The notes below the pieces were generated by a model. It ran no database searches. It had not been told where the DNA came from and saw only the letters and a list, made by a program, of their open reading frames with translations. From assembly GCA_008369845.1 (NCBI GenBank), contig MRSU01001520.1, forward strand, positions 1 to 49,912: a DNA stretch of 49,912 nt. Reading direction: 5' to 3'. This document shows, piece after piece, positions 36,595 through 47,700 of the stretch (position 1 is the stretch's first letter; each line of letters opens with the position of its first letter). A program made the position numbers and the translations under genes. The DNA is from Trichomonas gallinae (Eukaryota).

Positions 36595-38394
36595 ATGACT
36601 CGAAATTTTAGCATTTTTTCAGCTCCTAAGTCAACTGTTCTTAAGAAAGGAGAACTTTTGATACAGGCAGAAGAGCCCAAAGAAGAAGAGAAACCTCTTC
36701 CAGAAAAAGAAGAAGTTCAAAATCTTCTAAAACAATTGAATGAAAAACAAGCAGAAATCGATAAACAGAATCTGGAAATAATGGAAACAAAGAAAAAACT
36801 CGAACAAGAAACAAAAGAACTCGAAGAACTTAGAAATAGAACAAATAAAGATATTGATTCAATTACTAAACGAGAAGAGGCATTAAAATATCAACAAGAA
36901 CGATTAGAAGTTGAAAAGAAAATGATTGAATTTCAAGACAAATCATTACGCGAAAAAGAAGAAAAATATCAAAAATATTTCAACAAATACATTCAAGAAA
37001 AGAGTGGAATGGTTTTACAAGAAACAATTCTTAGAGAACAGCTCGAATTAACACAAAATCAACTCGAACAAACATTACAACAATTAAACAAAGATCAGGG
37101 CGGCACACAAGATGTTAATGCTATTAGAAATGAGATAGAAGCAGAGAGGAACAAGTTAAAAGAACAATTGTCTACTTTTCAACGCCAAAAAGAAGCTTTT
37201 GATGAAGAAAAAGCTGTCTACGAAATGTCGAAGAAATATATGGGTGAAAAACCAGAAAGAGATGCAAATACAGAGTCAGTTTTTATAGAGCATGAAAGAG
37301 CTGTTCTTACTGTACAACAGAAGAGACTTCAAGAGGAAAAAGCGATATTTGATGAAGCGAGAAGCAAATTCGAAAAGAATTTTTCTCAGTATTTAGCAGA
37401 TAAAGAAGAACATATCTTACTTCAGCAGCAATTGAAAGAGGAGCAAAATGATGTAGAAATGCTTAGAAAAGCTCTTATTCAATCAGAACATGATATAAAG
37501 GATAGAAAAACAGAACTCGCTAAAATACATGAATCATTTAAACAAGAAAGAGATCAAATAGATGAAGGATGGATGAAATTAAAGAGACAAGTTGATAAAC
37601 TTAAAGATGCAAGAACACAGATGGATATAGAAAGAGAGAAGTTAAATGCTGAAAGGCATGAATTTGAATTAGAAAAGGAAAGATTTGCTGTGCTAGATAA
37701 ACACTACACAGAAGTTGAACAAAGTGTTGATTTGTTGTCAAAAAAGTTGGTTTTGAAAGAAGCAAAATTGTTTAATGATATTGAAGAAGAGAAAAATCTT
37801 AAAGGACTGGATCAAGTTCATGACATGTTTAGATGGAAAGAACAAAATTTATTAGAGCAGTTAAATGATGCGCAAACAGAACTCAAGAAATTAAAAATTG
37901 CTTCGCAAAGAGAAATATTAGGATATAAGAGGCAAAATTCACAAACTTCGCAAGAAAATGAGAAACTCAAAGCAGATCTATCTACTGCACAACATGATCT
38001 CTTGAAAGCACAAACAAAACTACAAGAGTCTCAGAGTGCTTGCATTCTTTTGGGAGAACAACTAACAAACATGACAGCGAAATATGAGAAAGAAAGAACA
38101 ACGAGAAAGAAATATGAAAACATCATCCAAAGACAGATGATAAATGACAGACTTAAAGAACAGAGGAAACCAGCGGAAGATAATGAACTAAGAAAACAGA
38201 TAGAGAAGGAATTAAGAGCCAAATTGGAAGCGGAATACCATGCAAAGTTTGAAACAGCTTTGATTCAGGCAAGGAAAGAGATTTCTGAGGCCAAAGTCAA
38301 GAAACTTAAAGAGCAAGTCAATGAAATGAAGGCCGAATACGATGCTCGATTTGAGGTTATGAAGGCAAAGCTCGAAAAGAAATATAATTCATAG
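36595..38394 (+). CDS. Long coiled-coil protein of unknown function
   Basis: About 600 aa, E/K/Q/L-rich heptads throughout; start at ATG 36556 or 36595. Confidence 0.85.
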   Translation: MTRNFSIFSAPKSTVLKKGELLIQAEEPKEEEKPLPEKEEVQNLLKQLNEKQAEIDKQNLEIMETKKKLEQETKELEELRNRTNKDIDSITKREEALKYQQERLEVEKKMIEFQDKSLREKEEKYQKYFNKYIQEKSGMVLQETILREQLELTQNQLEQTLQQLNKDQGGTQDVNAIRNEIEAERNKLKEQLSTFQRQKEAFDEEKAVYEMSKKYMGEKPERDANTESVFIEHERAVLTVQQKRLQEEKAIFDEARSKFEKNFSQYLADKEEHILLQQQLKEEQNDVEMLRKALIQSEHDIKDRKTELAKIHESFKQERDQIDEGWMKLKRQVDKLKDARTQMDIEREKLNAERHEFELEKERFAVLDKHYTEVEQSVDLLSKKLVLKEAKLFNDIEEEKNLKGLDQVHDMFRWKEQNLLEQLNDAQTELKKLKIASQREILGYKRQNSQTSQENEKLKADLSTAQHDLLKAQTKLQESQSACILLGEQLTNMTAKYEKERTTRKKYENIIQRQMINDRLKEQRKPAEDNELRKQIEKELRAKLEAEYHAKFETALIQARKEISEAKVKKLKEQVNEMKAEYDARFEVMKAKLEKKYNS

Positions 38395-38756
38395 GAAATC
38401 AAGATAAAGTGTTTGTATTTTATTATGATATTTAAAATTCGCTATTTTTGCTAGTAATTAAGAAATAACCTTCTGAAAACGAGTTTAAATTTTAATTGAA
38501 AACGATTTTGCAACATAGCCAGACATTTAGAATGGCATTTATATTAATTACGTCATAGACTATTGGTAAATATGTTTATTTTGGTAAATCATGACAAATG
38601 TTTTGGAAAATTTTTTTTAGCCGTTACATAGAGATGCGAATTTAAGCTCAACAATCAGCAGCATTGGCGAAGGAGAGAAGAACAACAAAATGGTCAATAA
38701 ATTTTAAAAATTTTGATCAAAATATTTACAAAATTTTACAAAACTAAGGGAGTTAT

Positions 38757-41700
38757 ATGGGAAACTTAACTTCCTCTGTATCTGATACAGAAGTTTCCTC
38801 TTATATTGAAAAAGAGGCATTCTGGACAGATATAGAAACCAAATCTAAATCAAATTTTCAACAAATAACAGACGAATTACAATCTAAATCTAATAATTGC
38901 AAATATTTCTTAGTATTCTCACAAGGATCTAAATCAAATCCAAGAATTGTATCGACAAAACATCTTACAGTATGTTTTATTACGAAATATACTAAGAATA
39001 TACCTCAACTCAGTTATTTAATTTCCGAATTTAAAGGAGAAAGGTATATTTCAATTCACTTAGATGAATCATCGTTCTATAATATTACAAATTACGTTAA
39101 TAAAACACGTTTCTTTTTAAATACAGACGATTTTATTCAAAGAATTTGTTCACTGGCAAACAATTACGATGATATTTTAAATCAATTCATAATGGATGCA
39201 TCGAAAGAAATAATAATCGATATACCGCAATTCGCTTATGCATCACCAATAAATATTGATTTTTCGAATTTGGAAAATAGCATCGAATCAACATCAGATA
39301 TTGCATCAGAATTCCAAAATGATATAATCAATCAAGTAGAAAACAATCAAATACAATCAGTCGAATTACAAAATCTCGATATTTCGTCAAGTTTCGCAGA
39401 TCCTATACCAGATAGCGATACTAAGCCAGTTACAAAGAAAAAAGTCAAAAAAGTAAAATCACAAGCAAGATCAGTTATTCCTACAAATAGACCATTATCA
39501 CCTGAACCTACAGTTTCATTTGGAGTCTATGATTCCAAATCTACAAAAGGCTTCAGTGATTTGGCCCCGCTTTCTGTTGCACCAAATTCTCAAATTTCAA
39601 ATTTCGTTCCTCCAAAACATCAAGACTCGATTTTATTTACACCTGATCAATCTACCTTCGCAGACAAATTGTCTGTTGCGAAATCACATATTGGCAGCGT
39701 TTTAGAATTACAAATTGATGAACCAGAGCCAGTCGAAGAAGAATTCAATGAAAACGTTAAAAAACCACAACTACGCAAAAAGAAACAGAAAAGACAAACT
39801 GAATGTGTCGAAATCGAAGAACCAGAAATTAATAACATTGATTCTATCGATGACATGATGATCCAAACACTCTCTGACATTCCAAACGCTGATTTAATGA
39901 AATTAGAAAAAGAAGAAAGAAGAAATAAAATTATTCAAGATCTTGATCAATTAGTTACATTAACAGACGGATATTTTGATAAGAAAAAGTCTTCACATGA
40001 TGATTCATCAGAATTGATGGGATTAACAGAAGTAAAACCACTTAGAAAAGGTGATCAAATGATTTTCAGAGATATGGATTTATTGAATTCATCATCAATA
40101 GATATGTCAATAAATGAAGAAACAAAGGCAAAGAAGAAGATTGTCGGTTCATATTTAACAAATAGAAAGAAATCTAAAAATAACAAAATCTCTTTAGATG
40201 CAAGAAGCAGAAAAGCCGCCGATGACATGAATAAATCATTGGAACGTGTCCTTAATGACGAAAAACGCAACAAGCAACAATCTTTTTATAAATCAGCAAG
40301 AAAGAATTTTTATGAAAGCGGAGAAGACGTAATGGATGACGATGCTTCAGTAGAAGATGACATGATGTCAGTCAAATCAATCAAATATCATGTTAACACC
40401 TCAGCCGAAAACAAATCGAAATCGTCATTGAAAACAAAGAAAAACAACGAAAGCTCGGAATCCGATGAATCTGATTCTGACGATTTTGAGTTAACAGAAA
40501 AGAAAATCTCCATTACAAGAAAGCGCCCAACATCAACTGCTGCAAGTTTAGCTTCAAGAAAAGATAAGTACAGATCAAGCAGCCTGGATGATTCAGAAAC
40601 GAAACCACTAAGATCAAAATTCACTTCTACAAAGAACAGGTCAGGCAGTGCTGATGATTCTGATGCTGGAACATTAAGATCAAGAGGCTTTAATAACAAA
40701 TCAGGAACAGCAGATAACCGTTCAATCAGATCGAAATCTGCTGATAAATACAAAGGTGATGATATTGATGACGATGATCAAACAATTAAATCTAAATCAG
40801 CCAACAAATGCAAAGGAACAAATGATTATGATAACAAATCAATCAGATCTAAATCTCAAAGCAAGAAGAATAACGAAAGTGATGATGATGACGACTTTGA
40901 TATTACAATCAAATCAAGGAAATCATCATTCAAGCCAAATAAGTATTCAGAGGCCTTAGAAGAAGAAAGTGATGATGAAGAGTTGCCAACAAAACCAGTT
41001 CAAAGCCTGAGAAAACAACATGAAGGAAGGAAAACACCAAGATCTCGTAAAGGATTCGATCAAGATGATGATGATAGCACACTTAGAACAAAATCAAGTA
41101 AAAAATCAAAAGCGAAAGATGAAATTTCCTATGGAAACTCAATCAGATCTCGCAATAAATATGAAAGCGAAGACGATTTTGATGCCGATGATGACAAAAC
41201 AATCAGATCAAAATATGGCACAAAAGATAATAAATCATATGATAACAATTCAACGACAATGAAATCACGTTATCAATTCTCACGTGAATCTAATGACTTC
41301 GATAACATAAGTTTAACAACTCTTAAATCAAGAACTGGAACAAAAGATGATGTTTCATATGGAACAAACAACAGCACAATCAGATCAAGAAACAAATCAC
41401 GAATGGAAGATGAAAATAACTATGATGAATCAACAATAAGATCGAAGTCAAGAGCTGGTGTAAATGATGAAATGACATTTGGCGGCAACACAGTTTCAGT
41501 TAAATCATGGAATAAATTCGCATTCAAAGAATCAGCTGACAATGGAGTAGATTCGAGAAAACATTCCAAAGGCACTTCAACAATCTCAGGAACAAAAAAT
41601 ACTCGTATCAACAACAAATCAACATTTGATGATACAGCAATGGATGACACATTGCTCTCAAAGATCAACGAGCAAATAGAGTCAATCTCTGAGGATGACT

Positions 41701-44700
41701 TCGACGACAGATCTGTTAGATCTAAAGCTAGAAAATCAGGAACGCAAACAGCAGAAAGAGATATGAACTCTCTTAACTCAAGGAAGTCAATGAAGAACAA
41801 CCAGGAATTTGATGCTGATACAAATTATGAAACAATTATTTCAAGAATCAACGAAAACGTGACATCAATCACTGATACAAGCAATGATACAACTCTCAAA
41901 TCATATGCACGCAGAAATGGAACAGAATCTCGTGACGTTGTTCAGGAATCGCTTATTTCTCATCGCCAGACTGTCAACTCGAGGACACCAACACAGCAGG
42001 GCTCTATTAATACATTAATCTATCGCGCACACAATAGAAAGAGCACAGACGATGACTATGATGATAATACAATGATCTCAAGACGTCATAGAACACAGAA
42101 TACTGTTACTGGATCAGAAATCAGTACAATTAGAACTGGTTCAAGAACAAGATTAACTGGTACTGAAGATGCTGATAATGAAGCAGATTCAATATATACA
42201 AGGAATGTTTCTAGAAAGGAACGTGATTATTCATCAAAACTAACTGGAACATTTGGAACAAGAACATACAACAGACATGATCAATCAGATTCAACTGTTG
42301 ATGATACATTGATATCAAAGATGAGATCTCAACTCGATTCATCATCTTCTGATGATGGCCAAGAGTCTGTGATGACAAGGAACAGAATGACTGGAGCAGA
42401 ATATGTAAGTGTTGCTCCAGAATCTGTTGTTTCCCTTCGTCATTCCCACAAAGATTCAACAATGTCAACCAAAGATCAATCTAAGTCGATCAACTCTCAA
42501 TTGTATCAACCACAACATCGTAGAACAGATGAATCATCCACACAAGATTCGATCATCTCAAGAATTAGGCAGCATCTCGATACAGATGTTGATGAAAATG
42601 TAACTGTTGAAACAAGAAAGTGGACAAGAGATCCAACGTCATCACAATCAATCTCTGGCACAATCAACTCAAGACGTGCTACAAAATCAGGAACAGAGTT
42701 TGATGCGGATATTTCAACAATGAGAACATTTGAAAACAATTTTGACAACACTCGTACTGATTCGAATCCATCATCATTATTGACAATGAAGCATTTCAGA
42801 CAAGGAACCGAATCTACGACATTAGAAGACCTCAGCACATTGAATAATGACAGAAGATCAACTACAAGCAGCTTACCATATCTAACAACTCTTGGCAGTG
42901 AAAGATATGTTGGAGATTTGTCATCGACAGATTTCGATCTTCCAAATCTTCACACTTTAAGTGTTTATAGATCGGAATCTGAATCTCTTGATATGAGTGA
43001 TGATGATTTAGTCTCAAAGAACAGAAAGCAGAAATCTTCAACTAAATCAGAGATACAGTCAATCACAACATTCCAGAACTCTCAATCTAAAGACGTATCT
43101 TCAACTTCCACAACAATCAACACAATTGACTCAGTGAGAAACCCAAGAGCTCCTTCATCATCAGTTTCTAAGACTGTTGAATTGAACACTGCAATGACTT
43201 ACAGCGAAACTTCTGGCCGCGAATCTCAGATGGATTCACTTGTTTCTGATGCAAGGAGGAAAGGAAGACCAACATCAAGAACAACTGAGGATTTCACAAT
43301 CCAGACAGAAAATGGAACATTTTCATCCAAGACAACATCATCTATGATGGACAACTCAATCAATAGTAACTTAAGGTCGGTTTCTACCAAGTCAGCTTCG
43401 ACAATTCCATCAACAATGATGACAGCAGAATCAGATGCTTACTCAAATATGTCGGAAGATGAAATGACTGACACTTTAGAGTCTGATGCCAGGAGGAAGA
43501 GAAATGCAAGAGACAGAACTTCTGAATCTATCAATATTCAATCAAATCTCAGTGCGTTTACTGAACCTTCTCAGTCAAAGACGTCAGAGGGAATTACAAT
43601 CAATTCACTGTTGGTAATAGGAAGGTCTTCCTCTTCAACAATTGGAGAATCAACTATTCACACAATGAGCCAGCTCAGCGAAGAGTCATCCACTGTATCA
43701 TTGAGTGATTTAGAGTCTCTCGATTCTGAAGTTGGAAGGAGAAAGAAGAAAGAACGTGAAACAGAACAGTTTTCAATAATGTCAAGGCAAAGCAACTTGT
43801 TCTCAGACCGATCTTCTTCGACTACATCAACAGGCATGACTGTTCACTCTCAATATATGCAAGCAAGATCTTCTTCAACTTCATCAATGATAAACACGAT
43901 GAAGACTGAAAGTTATTTCGACAGTGAAACAGAAACCAACTCTTTGAGTGATATCGAGTCTCTCGAATCTGAAGTAGGAAGAAAGAAGAGGAAAGAACGT
44001 GAAACTGAGCAATTCTCTGTTACTTCAAGACAAGGAAATCTATTTTCAGATTATCCAAGGTCAACGACATCAGAAGGAATGACAATCAACTCAGCTTTAG
44101 TTTCTCATCAATCCTCAACAAGAGAAATGGAGTCAACAATAGAATCGTTGAAGGAAGAATCATCTTCAAATATTGCATCACTCAGCGATCTTGAATCCCT
44201 CGAAACTGAACCTGGAAGAAGAAAGAAGCTGAAGTCAGAAATGTCTGAGTCGATACAGATGTCTTCTGTTAAAGGTAATCTTTTCAGTGATGTTTCAACG
44301 ACAACAGATACTTCACGAATAGTTTCCAACAATTCTGCAAACTACAACGTCAGCCAGGATTCATCGAGAATCTTTGGATCAGTGAAGTCAATGAGAATGG
44401 ACTCATCAACAAGTGAAAGCGCAAGCACGATGGAAACACTTGATTCAGAGAAGAGATTGAGAGGATTAACAAGTGAGCAAGAAGTTTCATCAATCAATAC
44501 TCTTGTATCAACAAAAGAGAAACTATTCCAGGATCATCCATCATATATTTCAGACTCAACAGCTTCACAATCCAATGTAACACATGGAGGATTTAGCGAT
44601 GTATCAACTGAATCAAATCATGATTCAATCTATTCAAGAAAGGATGTTGCTTACATTCCGGATAGTTCTGGCGTTACAATCGATACTCTTGACTCAAGAA

Positions 44701-47700
44701 TTGAAGATGATTCTCAACAGTCTATGTTCTCTGAACTGGATTCAATCAGATCAAGAGCTGGCAGAAGAAACCAGCAGCCAAGAGCAGATTCACATATGTC
44801 TATGACTGGATCCGAATCTTCCAATCTTTCAAGCAGATTCTCAACAAATTCAGAATCATTGGCTGATACATCAATTGAATCAAGAATGTTTGTTCAGGCT
44901 GAATCAAGATCGGAACTCAGCTCACTCAATTCTAACCTTGATAGATTTGAATCAACGAGTGATGTTTTTGTTTCAGATGTTGTATCAGTGATGTCTAATC
45001 GCAAGCAAAACCAGCCTAAAGATGTTTCTGTTTCATCCAAATCAGAAACATTCACTTTAATGTCCGGCCGCTCTAATTTCGAAGAATCTACAACGACAGG
45101 TGGAGACATTGAGTCAAGGATGATGAAACCAGTAACAGAAGAATCGACAATGTCTGAGATTGAATCACGAATCGGCTCTGAGCCTGTTTCAACATCACAG
45201 AAACAAGTTTCTGTTATTTCAAGACAAAATCCATTCAAGCAAGATGTCTATGTTTCTGAAATTTCCGCTGATATTAGCAACCACTCAAGATTATTCAACT
45301 CTGATGTTTCAACGGACAAAGCCGGAGAATCAATTGAGTCTAAAGTGGAGAAGAGATATCTTATCGATTCTAATCAGTCAGCCAAAGACTTATCATTATC
45401 ATCAAAGCAAGTCGATGATTCTGAGCTTCAATCACTTGAATCTTTGCCAGTTGGTGATAGTGAGTTGGCATCAATCAAAGCTCCTGCTCCAGAAGACAAG
45501 ACAGCTGTTGATCGTGAATTGACTTCACAAATCAGTATTAGACCAACAGATAAGAGCGAATTATCAACAAAGGAGAGTTCATCGATGAATGGTACATTTG
45601 GTATTGAGTCTAAAGTTGATATCAAATCTCAGATTGGCAGCCAACGCGTAGAAGTTTCAACATCTTTGCAGCTTAAGACATCAAGCTCATCACATAACGT
45701 ATCTGATTCAAGAGTTTCTAAGCGTTCATTGATGACAAAAGCCGATTCTTCAACGGAAGCAAAATTGACAAGCGATGGCAAGTCATTAGTCACAGGCGAG
45801 CAATCAACAGAGCAGAATCTCACAACATCAACAATCAACATAGTATCACAAGCTAATGAAAAGAGTTCTTCATCAGCAATAATAGGCACATTAACATCAG
45901 ATATTTCATCAGGTCCTTCTGATTCTGGACAGTTCATTGATTCGTTGGTTTCGGAAGTTGAAATGAGAAAGAGAAGAGAATTAGAATCATCCGCTAACGA
46001 TGAAATTTCTGAATTAAGATCTCGTCCTGATGATCAAGAATTCGAGCAATCAACAATGTCTGATCTTGATTCTCGCAGATACCAGTCAGATTCACAACAG
46101 GATTCAAATGTTATTGAGAGGAATGCAAAGTTTTCATCAATGGGTAGCAAGTCAGCAACTTCTGCCCAAACATTACTCAAGACTGATATTTCTGAATCAC
46201 TCAAAACAGAAGAAATGGTTTCTGACTCTATTCTTGATTCTCTTGTTTCTGATTACAGTCAAAAGAAGAAAGCAAAGAAAGATGCAAGTGATTCAAATGC
46301 TAGTAGACTTTCTTCTAAGACATTCCCACAATCAGAGCTTGGCCAATACACAGAATCAGACATTAATATTGTTTCTCGCGCAAATCTAAAGACCCAAAAG
46401 AGCTCAATGTCAGAATCCATTGCAATTACATCAGCAACAGAAACATCTATTGAGACGGATTCCGTTCTTGAATCACTTGTTTCTGAAGTTTCAAGGAAGC
46501 GCGCGAATAAGTCATCAGTTGGAGATTCTTCAATTAAGACTAACAAATCCGTTTCTATGTCATTTACAGATTCATTAAGTGACATTATTTCACAAGTTAA
46601 TGCAAAGAACATTTCTGAGTCTGAGTCTTCATCATCGATGACATTGAAGACATCCAGATATGAATCTGATCAAACAGCAACAATCATCGAATCACTTCAA
46701 ACAGAAGGCTTAGTACATCCAAGAGAAGGTGACAGTGTTTCAGCAGACATGAGATCACGCGGATTCGATCCATCAACACTCAGCCCAACTGGCCAATCAA
46801 TCATCTCAATCATTAAGGCTAGAAGTAAGGAATCAGCATCAACAACAGATGCAGATTTGACATCACAATTTGAGCACACATCAATACTCACCGATGAACA
46901 GCTTGAATCACTGGTCAGTTCAGCCCGCTTCAGGAAGCATCGTTCAACAGTCAGCAACAACTCAATCAAATCAAGAAGAGGCGACACTTCAAATTCTGCA
47001 TCAAGCGATTTCAACTTAATGTCGAAGCACATGATGTTAGACAGCGAACCAACAATGGATGAAGAACCATCAACGTCTTTCACATCCAGATCCAAATCAT
47101 ATCGTTCTCAACCTGAAGTATCTGAGAGCCTTATTTCTTTTAACAGACGTAACAAGAAAGAAGATGGCTCTATGATTGATTCACTTCAATCCAGAGGAAA
47201 CCATGATTCATTCACATCTAGGCTGGAAAGTGTCAATACAAGAGCCGAGCCAAACAGCGATGTAGAAAGTGTTTCTACATCTACTTTACTTGATTCTGAG
47301 AGATTCTCAACAACAGCAGATTCACTTTCAACAGAGCATTCCAAGAAACTCGATGTGGAAGTGGAGAAGAGGAAGCAAAAAGTCGACACTGTGGATGATG
47401 GAATCGTTCAAGCCGGGCAAGCTATGCTTTTGCTTGAAAGCGAGAAATCAACAACAAGCTCATTCTGGAGCTCGAGTATCCAGTCGAAACAGAACAAAGG
47501 AACAGATTCCAGCGCTTCTTCAGTAGAAAGTCTTAATTCAGTTGCAATTGATGGCATCAGAGATGTTATTCAAGGTGATTCATCTATTATCGATAACAAG
47601 TCATTAGACGAAAGAGATATTATACGCAATCAAAACAGTTCCGATTACTATTCATATTCTTCTGAATATTCCTGTGGACCAGAAACTATCAATCTTGACA

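Noticed and set aside
38622..38636. X-box-like sequence GTTACATAGAGAT upstream of the giant ORF
   Set aside because: Poor match to the RFX consensus, a single instance, and RFX factors are not established in parabasalids.
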